Assembly (NCBI GenBank): GCA_937922005.1
Contig: CAKZWV010000060.1
Coordinates: 1 to 62,763 of the forward strand
DNA from: an uncultured Clostridia bacterium
Lineage (GTDB): Bacteria > Bacillota > Clostridia > Saccharofermentanales > DTU023
Direction: 5' to 3'
DNA: 62,763 nucleotides
The notes beneath the pieces were generated by a model that was not told the origin of the DNA, made no database searches, and saw only the letters and a list, made by a program, of their open reading frames with translations. Below, piece after piece: positions 10,644-21,139 of the stretch. Position numbers and translations under genes: made by a program. Positions within the stretch are counted from its first letter, which is position 1. Every line of letters begins with the position of its first letter.

Positions 10644-13127
10644 GTGAAACCGATAATGAGGTCCTATAATTTTCGGGCATGGGTTGGGAGGCAGACCATC
10701 TGTCTCATTTGGTGTTTCCTTTTCGCTGTGCTGGGGGCAGGGATCGTTCCTAGCCCGGTGCTCTTGGCGGAAGAGCATAATGAGACGCCTTGGAAGGATG
10801 CCTTGGATGCAAGTCCCCGGGGTGAGGTTGTGGTCAGTGGCTATGCCTATTATGATCTTGCTCGGTCAATCATTCCTATGGTCAATGACCTTCGAAGAAG
10901 CCTGGGGATCGCCCCTTTAACCTATAATGTAAACCTCGAGCAGGCAGCCATGGTCCGAGCAGCGGAAACTTCAATGCTCTGGTCCCATATGCGCCCTGAT
11001 GGCACTTACATCTATGAGAGCCTTCCTTATTGTACGGGGGAAAATATTGCGGCAGGGAATACCAAGCCGGAAGAGGTTTTCCAGCAATGGGTAGATTCTG
11101 AACCGCACTACCGGGCGATGATCAATCCCCAGTACCGGAGCATCGGGGTGGGGGCCTTTGGGACGGCAGATGGAGAGCCACCCCGCTGGTGGTCGCAGAT
11201 TTTTTCCCTAGACCTGGGGGAAGATGCAAGCAATAGTGACCACTATGTGCAAGAAATATTCCCGGTCAAGATGACTGTGGGAACGGACCTTTTAACTCTA
11301 AAGGTGATGCAGGGTAAAGCGAGCGGGGGAATATTTGATTTAAGTCAGCTTTTGAAGGATATGAGTTATCGAAAGCGTCTGACGGATGAAATGCACCTTC
11401 TGGCAACCACCCATTATGATGCGGATGACCCTTATCAGGCTCATACGACCCTGGATCCTTCAATGGTCGTCTGGTCTTCAAGTCAACCAGATATCTTAAG
11501 CATCGATGACCAGGGGGTTACCCACCCGAAATCCTATGGCAAGGTGGAGATTTCTTGTGCTATGGCAGGGGACCTGGGGAAGGCGACTGGCTTGACGGAT
11601 AAGGTGGAGGTCGAGATCATCCCCACTCATTTCTGGCCCTTGCGAGTTCATCGAGACCTGGAGACAGCGGATGCCATGATGCAACAGGTCATCAAGAATA
11701 ATGAGATTCTCTTCGCCGAACAGGTGAAATTCTATGAGAAATACCATAAACAGCATGAGGGCTTGGATCCAGCTCGGGTGCCTTTGGATCGAGAGGCCTT
11801 AGATCAAGAAGGTTTGGATCCGGAGGCCCTTTTGCCTACTTTCCCCGAGGAGATGAGGGAGGCAGAATCCAAAGAAGGAGCGACAAAGCAGAACCCTGGT
11901 GGCCCTAATGGCAGCCCTAGTGGCAACCCTACTCCGACCCCTGGTATCCTGGATGAACCCCTTGAGGTCAGCCGGGAGACCCAGGCTACTGGAGAGTCTG
12001 AGGATACTGAGGATTCGCAGAATACTGGAGATTCGCAGATTTCTGGCGAAGCGAATGCGACTGGAGAGGCGAACAGCCAGGCAGACAACCTTTCTCAGGC
12101 GGGGGCAGAGGTGACTATGCCCCGCAAACCAGACCTAGTTTGGAGTAGTCAACTGGAATCCTATGGGCAGAAAATCCTGGAGTTATTAAGCTTTGGCGAG
12201 TCCAATGATGCTATTAATCTCTTTCCGTCTTTTACGGAGCTAGACCGGGAGCTCCCCCAGGGGATGCGCTACAATTGGCATATGTTCAGTAATTCTGATG
12301 TTAAAGAAGACAAGATGCCAACCATCCCTAATTATACCAACTCCTATGCTTCCGTCTGTTTGAGGAGTAAGGATAGCACCTATGTGATCTTTCTTTTTTC
12401 TGACCTGCCTGGGGACGGAGTTCATCTCATGAAGAATAGTGCTGCCGTGGATACGACGGTAGAGGCTTTTGATGACCTGGCGGCCTTCCAATTGCGCTTC
12501 CCGACAGGGAGTCAAGCACTGACTCCGGTCAAGGATCAGACCTTTGTTTTGGATGATGCTTACCAAGGTCGAGAGCCTAGTCCGGTCGCTCAAAATCAAG
12601 AAAAGCAGGGTGTCCATTGGCCGGCCGGGCTTAATTTTGACTATAGCACCCTCGAGCAACCGAGAAGAGATCCCCTCCCTGAAAAGACCTATGATTTTTA
12701 TCCCTTCTTAGTGAATCTGGAAGAGGATATTCAGCCTTTCATGGATCCCGATCCCCAGTTTCTCCAGCTTAGCAGTTCGGATCCTAGCGTGGCGACCCTT
12801 TCGGAGACGGGGTTTTTGACCGTTATGAAAAATGGAGAAACTACCTTAAAGGCAAAATTGACTGATGCCAAGGATTCGACTCATACCCTAGCGGAAACTT
12901 CTTTGCGCCTCACCGTGAATTTAGAGGCCCTTCGGCCCACAGAGGCCAGCCAAGCAGGAATCCAGGCAACTGAGATTAGCCCTGAAGAATTTGCGGCTAT
13001 GGAACAGGCGAAAAAGGATGCCAAGAAGCAACAAATATTGATCGCTACCGCCTGTGGTGGTTTGCTCCTAGCTATCGTAGTGACAATCGTCCTCTTGCTC
13101 CAACTGCGTAGGAGAAAAGACCAGTAA
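10644..13127 (+). CDS. CAP/SCP (PR-1-like) domain cell-surface protein with Ig-like region, acidic linker and C-terminal TM anchor
   Basis: Signal peptide. The CAP domain carries 'GENIAAG' and 'WVDSEPHYRAMINPQYRSIGVG'. The C-terminus has a hydrophobic helix plus RRRKDQ. Confidence 0.6.
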   Translation: MKPIMRSYNFRAWVGRQTICLIWCFLFAVLGAGIVPSPVLLAEEHNETPWKDALDASPRGEVVVSGYAYYDLARSIIPMVNDLRRSLGIAPLTYNVNLEQAAMVRAAETSMLWSHMRPDGTYIYESLPYCTGENIAAGNTKPEEVFQQWVDSEPHYRAMINPQYRSIGVGAFGTADGEPPRWWSQIFSLDLGEDASNSDHYVQEIFPVKMTVGTDLLTLKVMQGKASGGIFDLSQLLKDMSYRKRLTDEMHLLATTHYDADDPYQAHTTLDPSMVVWSSSQPDILSIDDQGVTHPKSYGKVEISCAMAGDLGKATGLTDKVEVEIIPTHFWPLRVHRDLETADAMMQQVIKNNEILFAEQVKFYEKYHKQHEGLDPARVPLDREALDQEGLDPEALLPTFPEEMREAESKEGATKQNPGGPNGSPSGNPTPTPGILDEPLEVSRETQATGESEDTEDSQNTGDSQISGEANATGEANSQADNLSQAGAEVTMPRKPDLVWSSQLESYGQKILELLSFGESNDAINLFPSFTELDRELPQGMRYNWHMFSNSDVKEDKMPTIPNYTNSYASVCLRSKDSTYVIFLFSDLPGDGVHLMKNSAAVDTTVEAFDDLAAFQLRFPTGSQALTPVKDQTFVLDDAYQGREPSPVAQNQEKQGVHWPAGLNFDYSTLEQPRRDPLPEKTYDFYPFLVNLEEDIQPFMDPDPQFLQLSSSDPSVATLSETGFLTVMKNGETTLKAKLTDAKDSTHTLAETSLRLTVNLEALRPTEASQAGIQATEISPEEFAAMEQAKKDAKKQQILIATACGGLLLAIVVTIVLLLQLRRRKDQ

Positions 13128-13170
13128 GGAGCGGGTAGATAGACCAAACGCCATGTTAAGAGCAGAAAAT

Positions 13171-13214
13171 AGAGCCCAGGGGTCTTATCTTGATTCCTGG
13201 GCTCTATTGTTGTT
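13171..13214. terminator. bidirectional hairpin terminator between convergent genes
   Basis: AGAGCCCAGG...CCTGGGCTCT, a 10-bp stem, flanked by T/A runs. Confidence 0.6.
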
Positions 13215-13280
13215 AACCGGGCTATATCTAGTTTTTTGGGCCTGCTTTGCCTGTATTTACTAGATGACGGAAGCCCTGAC

Positions 13281-14525
13281 CTACTTTTCCTCCACCAGAG
13301 GCCGGAAGCCCTGACCATAGATCTCATTATATTCGTAGATGATCATCATGGCCCGAGGGTCGATCTGCATAACCAGGTCGTGGATGACGGTCATTTGCCG
13401 GGTGGTACAGGCTGTTAGAATAATATTCTTGGGGTCTCCAGAATAGCCACCTAAGGCTGGCAAGATGGTCGTACCACGTTTGACGCTTCGGCCAATCCGG
13501 GCGTTGATCTCCTGGTATTTATCAGAGATAATCATCACCATCTTTCCAGAACTAAAGCCAATCATGATCTTTTCCATAACCTGAGACATGGTAAGGGAGA
13601 AAATCATCCCGAATAAGAAAGCATTAAAATTCTTGAAAATCGCAGCACCAGCCATGATAATAACGGTATTGATCCCCATGGTCAATTGCGCCAAGGATAT
13701 GTAAGGGAACATTTTGTGCAAAGGGATTAGGATGAGGTCGGTTCCGCCAGTAGAAGAGCCTGCCTGGTAGATGAGGCCCAGACCTATGCCCATGAATGCC
13801 GCCCCAAAAAGGGCGCACATGAGAGGGGAGTCGTTGTAGACTGGAATCATCGGACAAATGACGTCGGTCGCCAAAGTCAGGACCACCAGGGTCTGGAAGG
13901 TTCTGAGCATAAAACGCCGTCCCATCATCTTATAGGCGAAGAGGATAAGGGGGATGTTGAGAATAAGTGAACCAAGACCGATGGGCACATTGAAGAGGTG
14001 ATTCAGAATCAAGGCAATACCCTGGATACCTCCCGTTGCAAAATTCCCCTGTTTTGCAAAGTTATAGATCCCAATTCCAACGCACATGTTTCCAACGCAG
14101 TCAATCAGCAAACTTTTCGCAAATCGCTTAATTTTGTCCTTGGTGGGGAGCTTTTTTCTCTCTTTATTGATCTGGTCCCATGCTTCATATTCTGGGAGCA
14201 TTTTGGAAGCCATCGCTCGCTTTTCCGTAACTTCACCTTCTCCCCCCGGCTTGTCCAAACTGCTAGGATCCTTGAGAGGAGGATGATGTTGGGCCGTTAA
14301 TAGGCTTTCGGCTTCATTGGCCTGGGCAATTTCTGCCTGAATCTGCTCGAGCGTCAGCAGGGGACTTATCTCATCGGTCCCCTTGGCCATGTGCACCGCT
14401 GCGCCTTTCTGTTTTACCTTCTTGCCCTTCGCATCACCCGAGCCAGGCACCGTACCCTGGCCATTGATCTCGATTTCTTTCATAATACCCTCACTTGACT
14501 TCGGGGGTTGAAAAACCCCATCCAA
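13281..14525 (-). CDS. YitT family (DUF161 + DUF2179) membrane protein; ORF has ~100-aa K-rich N-terminal extension (true start may be internal)
   Basis: Core region 'GGIQGIALILNHLFNVPIGLGSLILNIPLILFAYKMMGRRF' plus C-terminal DUF2179-like region. Confidence 0.7.
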   Translation of the reverse strand: MDGVFQPPKSSEGIMKEIEINGQGTVPGSGDAKGKKVKQKGAAVHMAKGTDEISPLLTLEQIQAEIAQANEAESLLTAQHHPPLKDPSSLDKPGGEGEVTEKRAMASKMLPEYEAWDQINKERKKLPTKDKIKRFAKSLLIDCVGNMCVGIGIYNFAKQGNFATGGIQGIALILNHLFNVPIGLGSLILNIPLILFAYKMMGRRFMLRTFQTLVVLTLATDVICPMIPVYNDSPLMCALFGAAFMGIGLGLIYQAGSSTGGTDLILIPLHKMFPYISLAQLTMGINTVIIMAGAAIFKNFNAFLFGMIFSLTMSQVMEKIMIGFSSGKMVMIISDKYQEINARIGRSVKRGTTILPALGGYSGDPKNIILTACTTRQMTVIHDLVMQIDPRAMMIIYEYNEIYGQGFRPLVEEK

Positions 14526-14644
14526 CTGCGTAAAATTGGGAGAGGACCCCGCCGGAGCCGACTCTATCAGGCCAGCTCTCCGAGATCCTTACACCAAGGC
14601 AGATTATAACAAATTTGTGACAAATATTCCCTTAAGGAGCTCCT

Positions 14645-15355
14645 ATGACCCATCGTTCCCCCGACCCTTCTCCATCCACGCCTCTGGCCTCAGATGCCCC
14701 AGCAAATCATATTTCTAGCCAAGAAACCCCAAGCAAGGAGTTGCTAGACCGGGACTCCCCTGTGGCGGATGCCTCAGCCAAAGTTTCCGTTGTCATGTAC
14801 CAGCCGGGAGAGGATGACCCTCCGATGCTCAGCCCCAAAGAAGCCAAAAAGAAGTATCGACGTAGCGTCATTTTTCTCATCCTCATCATTATAGGTATCG
14901 GTGTGAGTGTGGGCATGGGGATCCGTAGGAATCGAGCCTACAGAAATCGCCATACCGAGGTTCTTTTAAGCAATGTTCAAAGCTTTTTTTCGGCTCTTTC
15001 CTCCTACGCCCAGGGAAAGGCTGACAAGACCTATCCTAGCTACTACGTCAACGGGGCCGATCCTGCTGCCGAAGGATTTTTAGGAAAAGTCAAAGAATGC
15101 CTCAACCCGAGCGCCAATCCTGCTATGGGCAGGGGCGAAGCAGGCTCGGAAGGCATCATAATTGAGGAACTCCAATGGGCAGATAAAAACGACCTAGCTG
15201 ATGAGGTTACCCTGATCATCCGCTTTGACTCAACCTGGGCAGCCCTCTTTCCGCATGGAGCCGAGGGGCTTGCCTTTCGCTATATTGGTGGACGCTGGTC
15301 TTATTGTCCATCCGTTTCCGCCAGTCCAGCTTTCTCAGCCAAACCCCAAGATTAA
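14645..15355 (+). CDS. hypothetical single-TM membrane protein
   Basis: S/P-rich N-terminus and a TM helix (VIFLILIIIGIGVSVGMGI). Confidence 0.3.
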   Translation: MTHRSPDPSPSTPLASDAPANHISSQETPSKELLDRDSPVADASAKVSVVMYQPGEDDPPMLSPKEAKKKYRRSVIFLILIIIGIGVSVGMGIRRNRAYRNRHTEVLLSNVQSFFSALSSYAQGKADKTYPSYYVNGADPAAEGFLGKVKECLNPSANPAMGRGEAGSEGIIIEELQWADKNDLADEVTLIIRFDSTWAALFPHGAEGLAFRYIGGRWSYCPSVSASPAFSAKPQD

Positions 15356-15473
15356 GAAATAAAGAAAAAATAACAAAAAACGGCAAGACCAAGTCTTGCC
15401 GTTTTTCTTTTTCATATTTTATCTTCGTAGCCAGCAGCTCTGAAATTACCAACTGAAGAGATCAGTTCAAGTC

Positions 15474-17204
15474 TTACTTTTTGATATAGATCTCTTTGAG
15501 TACTTTCACAGCCTCATCCATTGACATCCCAACTTTTACCTCAGGGCGATAGAGCATTTCAGTAATGAGCGCATCCATCTGATTGGGGTGGGGAACAGTC
15601 GTCCAATCCTGCTGGAAGATGGAGTCCGGGTAAACAAAACTATCAGCCATTAGACCGAAAGATTGGATAAATTCCTCATGGATTAGGTGGGTCCGAGCAG
15701 GCTGATCTGTCACATCTGTGGAAATACCAATGGCAGACCGGTTAATGGTAGGGGTCGAATCACTTCCCCACCACACATAGAAGATTCCCCAATCCCGGGT
15801 ATCATAACCCAGGGTCTTTTGAAGCTCTTTAAAGGGTTTAAAGATAAATTTGGAGTCGGTATCGGCCTTCTCGTCCTCCACCAACTTAATCTCAGGCACC
15901 CCTGGAATATCGTTTAACCAAGCAATGGTGTGCTTGACCGCAGCGATATCATCTTCGGTAGGATCTCCCTCGATTTTGACGGTCATGGACTCAGCTTCCC
16001 ATTTCCGCACCATGTGTTCCCCTTGATCATCGTACTCGGCTCGGCCAGCAATGGTGGGGAAATATTCCAGGGCAGCTTTCACAAAGTTAGGATCTAGGCT
16101 ATCCAGACGGTCCGCAAAGGGGACAAAACCAGGATCTCCGGGCATAGGATCTGCCGGAACATCAAACTGTGTAGTCTCAAACTCCTCAGGGATATCTTCA
16201 TTAGGCAGATAGGTCTTATAGAGGCTATAGATGGCCTTTCCTACTGGCTCACCAATCTTTACCTCTGGACGATAGAGCATTTCCAAAACAAGATCATCCA
16301 AGGGACTCGGTTCAGCTACTAGTTGACTCTTATCCTGGAAGATCGAATCCTTATAGTCACCGCAGACCGTTAAAAACCCCATGGATTTGACAAGGTTTTT
16401 AAAAATCAAATAATCCCGTTCTTCTCGGTCTTTTGCTTCGTCAGCAATACCGACGTCGCACGTCGTAAAGGCAGGATTCATATTGTCATCCCAATAGATA
16501 TAAAAGAATCCATGGTCGTCACGAGGGAAGTCGATGGTCTTTTTTATTTCTGCGAGAGGCGCAAAGATAAAGGTGTAATTTGCCTCATTTGCATCTTTGT
16601 CAACTAATTTGATCTTAGGCAGCCCATCCAGGCTATTCACCCAAGTAATGGCCTTATTCAAGGTGGCCAGATCCTCTTCAGAGGCCTCCCCCTTATAAGT
16701 TAACGTCAGGTCAGCCTTATTCCACTTACGGACGGGAGCCTTTTCTTCACCGTTATAGGCAGCAACCTTCGGCAAATATTCGAGGGCAGCCTTAATAAAC
16801 TTGGGATCTAATTCTTCAAGGCGATCGATATAAGGTTTGTAGCCCTCTTCCCCAGGCTTGGGCCCTTCCGGATAGGTAAAATCAATCTTTTTAGGGGACT
16901 TTTCATCTTTCTTGTCGCCCTTGGTCTCCTCTGTTTTCTTTGTCTCTTCTTCAGGAGCCTTCGTTTCTTCTGCACTAGCCGCCTCTGAACTTGGTGTTTC
17001 TGTTTCTGCAGCCGAGGTCTCCGTCTGAGCACTTTCTGCGCTGCTAGTTTGGGTGGGAGCTAGGGTCGGCAGGGTAGTTTGACTTGTTTTACTAAGCTCG
17101 GTTTTCTGATTCGTGCAGGCCGTCAATCCTGTGCCCGCGATCAAACAAGCCAGCAAGAGGGTCGTAACCTTTGCTGGCAAGTGATGTAATAATTTCTTCT
17201 TCAT
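15474..17204 (-). CDS. lipoprotein with internally duplicated ~230-aa domain of unknown function
   Basis: Lipobox LTAC after a signal peptide. Two homologous halves, 'FIKAALEY..W(V/L)N(S/D)L(D/P)G(L/V)P(K/E)IKLV..LYRPEVK', with an S/T/E-rich linker. Confidence 0.55.
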   Translation of the reverse strand: MKKKLLHHLPAKVTTLLLACLIAGTGLTACTNQKTELSKTSQTTLPTLAPTQTSSAESAQTETSAAETETPSSEAASAEETKAPEEETKKTEETKGDKKDEKSPKKIDFTYPEGPKPGEEGYKPYIDRLEELDPKFIKAALEYLPKVAAYNGEEKAPVRKWNKADLTLTYKGEASEEDLATLNKAITWVNSLDGLPKIKLVDKDANEANYTFIFAPLAEIKKTIDFPRDDHGFFYIYWDDNMNPAFTTCDVGIADEAKDREERDYLIFKNLVKSMGFLTVCGDYKDSIFQDKSQLVAEPSPLDDLVLEMLYRPEVKIGEPVGKAIYSLYKTYLPNEDIPEEFETTQFDVPADPMPGDPGFVPFADRLDSLDPNFVKAALEYFPTIAGRAEYDDQGEHMVRKWEAESMTVKIEGDPTEDDIAAVKHTIAWLNDIPGVPEIKLVEDEKADTDSKFIFKPFKELQKTLGYDTRDWGIFYVWWGSDSTPTINRSAIGISTDVTDQPARTHLIHEEFIQSFGLMADSFVYPDSIFQQDWTTVPHPNQMDALITEMLYRPEVKVGMSMDEAVKVLKEIYIKK

Positions 17205-17475
17205 GATTTCTCCTCATTGTCATTCATCATTCATCGAAAGGTTCTCACAGCCATTTATAAAAAGCCGAGTAAAGTTTTTTATCGATCCGAGAAAACTAAG
17301 ATCCGTCCCGCGGCGACTTAGCGCACGCCTTTCGATGGGTTCACGACTATTGTACAGTTTTGGAGAAATATTTCTAGGTCTAGCCCGACAAGGTCCAGGC
17401 TCATCTCCCATTTGGGGGAGCTTACTCCCCATCCAGGGGGTTCACCACTAACAGGAGTCTAATTACGAGCCGGGT

Positions 17476-17688
17476 CTAATCACCAACAGGGGGTTTAATA
17501 GGACTAATTCTTTCCGGGTCCTTGGGTGTCTTATCCTTGGACTGACAGGCTGTTAAAGTGCCAACAGACAAACACATCATGAGAGCGAAGATGACAAATG
17601 AGCGAATTATCCGCCTTCTTTTATTTCGTAAAACAAGTTTCGTCGGGATCTGATTTGGGTCATGATCCGAAGATTCATGGGTACGCAT
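17476..17688 (-). CDS. questionable small lipoprotein-like ORF
   Basis: 70-aa ORF with a lipobox (GTLTAC) but only a 22-aa mature part. It may be spurious or a remnant. Confidence 0.2.
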   Translation of the reverse strand: MRTHESSDHDPNQIPTKLVLRNKRRRIIRSFVIFALMMCLSVGTLTACQSKDKTPKDPERISPIKPPVGD

Positions 17689-17880
17689 GGTTCTTCCTCC
17701 TTATTTCCCTATAACAATTTGAACAAATGCTTCTACCCCACGCCTTCTCCCAGGATTCTTCTCAGGACAAGGCATTTTTGAAGTGTTCTTTAAGCCATTA
17801 TAAAGGATGAAAATAGAAAAAGAAACCTTTTTAGCACTTTATTTACAAAAAATTCATAAGTCCCTTTAGAAAATATCTGT

Positions 17881-17916
17881 CAATCAGAGGATAGAGCTTT
17901 CAATCAGAGGATAGAG
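17881..17916. promoter_or_regulatory. tandem direct repeat CAATCAGAGGATAGAG x2 (4-bp spacer) in an upstream region
   Basis: Exact 16-bp repeats at 17881-17896 and 17901-17916, upstream of the minus-strand ORF 17476..17688. This is a candidate regulator-binding site. Confidence 0.35.
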
Positions 17917-17965
17917 GCTCATAACGAGCACTTTTCCGGAGTTATCAACCTGTCATAAATCCTCC

Positions 17966-20900
17966 CTAGCTCACTGGCTTTTCTTTATCCTCCCTTTCTT
18001 GACCATGGGCTGTGTAGTAAAAGACTTGGTCGACCAAGGAGGTCAAGGAAGCTGGCGTATAAGAGGGCTGGTAGAGGGCATATTCCGGTTGGAAAAGAGG
18101 GAAGAGGGGGAGCTCATCACTTACATATTGGCAGATTTTTTGGTAGATCCTTTGTCGTTCATCGGGGTTGATAGCGACCGCAAGGTCCATAAGGAGGAGG
18201 TCCACATTGGGGTTGGCATAGGCCAAAAAGTTGTAGGTGAAAGATCCCTGGGCTGTAATATTAGAACTTGCCAAAAGTTGGTGAAAAAGCGGCTCTGTCG
18301 GTGCGTCTAGCTCAAAGAGAATCAGATCAAAATCAGCATTGCGCAGGGCCGCATCCAAGAGTTCCTGGGTGCTTAAACCCTTGATTTGGACAATGATTCC
18401 TTGATTTTGCAAACTCTTTTGAATTTGCTCTGCTAGGTTTCGATAAAGGTTGTTGTTCGAGGGGAAGATGAGTTTGATCTGCACTTGATCATTTTCCATC
18501 AATTCCTTAGCCGTTGCCGGGATATTGGGGAGGGGAACCTGCTTATTTGCAAGTTTTTCACGGTATTCTTTAATTCTTCGTAAAACCTGGGCGCTATAGG
18601 TTATGACAGGCGGATTGTCTTCCTTCTCCTTTACCTGGTAGCCCAGATTTTGTAAAAGCAGTTTTCCTCGTTCTGGCTGATAGGGCAAGGCTGAGATAGG
18701 ACTCTCATAGGGATAGATCCAAGAATTTGTGGGGACTGCCGAATCAGACCAGGCCCCCATTCCCTTAAGAAGGTTAGCAATTAGGGCTTCTCGGTCAATA
18801 TTGAGGCTGATAGCCCGACGAAAACCCATATCTGCACAGGGGGAGATGGGACTGCAGTTAAAGCCCAAAACCTCCAGGTGACCTGCCTTATGAGGCCATA
18901 AAAATGGCATGGCCTCCCCGGGATTTGCCTTCTTCTCCATACTAGGACCTTCAGGCAAGGAAATCTCAACGGGCCCGGCCTCCAAAGTCTTTCCTTGGGG
19001 GGGGGCTACAGAACTACTTGGCATCAGGTCTTCTGTGGTCTCTTCCGTAGAGGAACTGGGATCAGAAGAAAATGAGGGCTTGGAATCCAAAGTAGCAGAA
19101 GGGAGCGACATGTCCGTGGCAGGAGTCGAAGTCGCCGTGGAGCTAGGGCTCTCCAAGGCAGTGGCCCTTGCCCTGCTGGTTTCACCAGACTGAATAGAAG
19201 AAGGAGAACTAGAGCTACTTGACTGGTTGATCAGACCCGTGTCTCCTATTCTGTCCGGCTTCAAGGTTGTTGCTATGCCAATATGGTCATCCTCCGAAGC
19301 AAGAGAAAAATTTAGCATAGCCCCTTGAATGAGGTGGAGGGTCTGCAATTCTTCTGTCGTCAAACTATTCCCCAATTCAACACCAATCAGGGGTGCCCCC
19401 ACCCGGACGAAATTAGGATCGGTCAATTGATTGCGAGTAAGGGCAAAATCCTTCTTTTCCAGTTGAATTTGCCCTGTTAGGGCAACGTGGCGGTCCCAAT
19501 CCTTCGTTTCAGCGCCTAAGAGGCCTGGGGGTTTTGTAGCTGGATCCTCATCAGCATCCTCTTTTGCCTTGCTATCCGCCTGTCCCTCCTTATCTTTTTC
19601 CTTATCTTGGTTCAAGCTCTGCTCCTGGATCTCTTCCGCCCAATTCAAAAAATCGTCCATCGTCGGAAACTCATCTTTGTGGATTATCTGCAGCGAGGCC
19701 AGAACTTGCAAGTAAGCAGCGTGCGAAGGCAAATACTGACAAAGAATAGGTTGGTAGTCTGCTAGGGGCAGGCCCTTAGTTAAGGTAAAAGGGCTAGAAT
19801 AGACTTCAGTAGGATTCAAAGGATCCCTTTTCTCTTGAAGTCGAGGAATCCGCCATAGGGTCTCCTTATTGGGGGCCAGGAGGAGGCTTTGCTCCTCTTG
19901 GTTAATTTCTTGGACACAAAACAAACCAGATACAACGGGATTTTGTAAGAGATCCTTTTGTAAATGCCAGTATTCTACAGGAATCCTCTGCCAGATATGC
20001 TTAGGTAGGATCGGAAAACTCAATAAATGATCCAGTGCAGGAATATTTCCCCGGGAGAAGTGGAGGAGGATGGTGCGATCATCTGGGGTTTCTATCCCTT
20101 TGAGGGGGGCTACGTAAGCTGGCCCCTTGCCCCGATCTGCCAAAGACTGAAAGCGTTGAAGGATCTTACGAGTTTTGGGCACAGTCATCTCAGCCGTGCT
20201 AGCAGCCTTACTGGTGCGAACTTCGGTGTGGAGTTTCTCATCTTTATTAGCCCTCGGGAGGGTAGCAGGAAGGCTGGTTTCGTTAGAGGAACTGAGCGGG
20301 GAAGGAATGGTGAAGTCTTGAAGATTTAAAGGATTGAGATCTGTTACGAGGAGGTCTCCTGTGAAGAAAGGGTCTAAGGAAAGTAGGTGGTGGAGGCTAT
20401 TTCCCGTAGCTAAATCGATACTACGTTTTTGATAGTAGCTTTGGTAGAGGGTGGGATAACCGACCATATTGGAGACTAGGGCCCGGAAACGGAAGGGGGC
20501 CATGGGGTGAGCCAAAGCACTAAAGGTAAAGGCCACATCCTGAGAGGTGAGGGCCTCCCCATCACTCCAGGTCAGATCCGGCTGGAGGACGATCTGGACG
20601 GTCCGCCCATAATCCTGGACATCACAAGATTTAGCTAAAGCCAGTTGCTTCAGGCCACTGGACTCTTGAGCGCTTGCTTGGAGGGGCAGATATAGGATCC
20701 GGGTCAACCAACGCTCGGTGACGCTCTGATTATAAAAGGGATGAAATTGATAGGACAAGGGATCTTGCACAATAATAGCTGGGTAGCTCTTGAGGTCAGC
20801 CCCCTGGTCAACAGGCCCCTTGTCCTCAGCCTGAGTTGATTCTTGCGCTTTTATTGTTTCTTGCGCCCTTACAAGCGTTTCAGCAGGCCCAAGTGGATGA

Positions 20901-21031
20901 TTTCTTAGGCTAGATTCGCCCAAGTCCAAGCTCCGAGAGACAGGGCCTGGAAAGCGTGGTCCCATCATCAGGCCGATGATCATTAGGACTAGAAGGTAGA
21001 TTTTTTCTCTTTTCACCCTTGCATTCTTCAC
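17966..21031 (-). CDS. ABC transporter substrate-binding protein, family 5 (peptide/oligopeptide type), with large S/T/P-rich low-complexity insertion
   Basis: Signal/TM at the N-terminus and SBP_bac_5-like blocks ('ILPKHIW', C-terminal 'LPLFPLFQPEYALYQ'). Its 1021 aa compare with ~550 aa for a typical family member. Confidence 0.65.
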   Translation of the reverse strand: MKNARVKREKIYLLVLMIIGLMMGPRFPGPVSRSLDLGESSLRNHPLGPAETLVRAQETIKAQESTQAEDKGPVDQGADLKSYPAIIVQDPLSYQFHPFYNQSVTERWLTRILYLPLQASAQESSGLKQLALAKSCDVQDYGRTVQIVLQPDLTWSDGEALTSQDVAFTFSALAHPMAPFRFRALVSNMVGYPTLYQSYYQKRSIDLATGNSLHHLLSLDPFFTGDLLVTDLNPLNLQDFTIPSPLSSSNETSLPATLPRANKDEKLHTEVRTSKAASTAEMTVPKTRKILQRFQSLADRGKGPAYVAPLKGIETPDDRTILLHFSRGNIPALDHLLSFPILPKHIWQRIPVEYWHLQKDLLQNPVVSGLFCVQEINQEEQSLLLAPNKETLWRIPRLQEKRDPLNPTEVYSSPFTLTKGLPLADYQPILCQYLPSHAAYLQVLASLQIIHKDEFPTMDDFLNWAEEIQEQSLNQDKEKDKEGQADSKAKEDADEDPATKPPGLLGAETKDWDRHVALTGQIQLEKKDFALTRNQLTDPNFVRVGAPLIGVELGNSLTTEELQTLHLIQGAMLNFSLASEDDHIGIATTLKPDRIGDTGLINQSSSSSSPSSIQSGETSRARATALESPSSTATSTPATDMSLPSATLDSKPSFSSDPSSSTEETTEDLMPSSSVAPPQGKTLEAGPVEISLPEGPSMEKKANPGEAMPFLWPHKAGHLEVLGFNCSPISPCADMGFRRAISLNIDREALIANLLKGMGAWSDSAVPTNSWIYPYESPISALPYQPERGKLLLQNLGYQVKEKEDNPPVITYSAQVLRRIKEYREKLANKQVPLPNIPATAKELMENDQVQIKLIFPSNNNLYRNLAEQIQKSLQNQGIIVQIKGLSTQELLDAALRNADFDLILFELDAPTEPLFHQLLASSNITAQGSFTYNFLAYANPNVDLLLMDLAVAINPDERQRIYQKICQYVSDELPLFPLFQPEYALYQPSYTPASLTSLVDQVFYYTAHGQEREDKEKPVS

Positions 21032-21139
21032 CGTATTTGCTCTCCCTTTCTCTTTATTAGGTCTATTCTAAGCGTTCTATTAGGTCACCTTAGAAATTGG
21101 ACTATTTACCTAGGCTCCCAGCCATGGGCTCCCTTCCCC

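Noticed and set aside
16808-17032. 74-aa K/R-rich minus-strand ORF
   Set aside because: It is an alternate frame of the S/T/E-rich linker of the lipoprotein gene 15474..17204. Artefact.
17476-17688. Tiny lipoprotein (22-aa mature peptide) as a signalling lipopeptide
   Set aside because: The odd polar N-terminus before the signal, and the absence of an RBS I could see, make a spurious ORF more likely. Kept only as a low-confidence feature.
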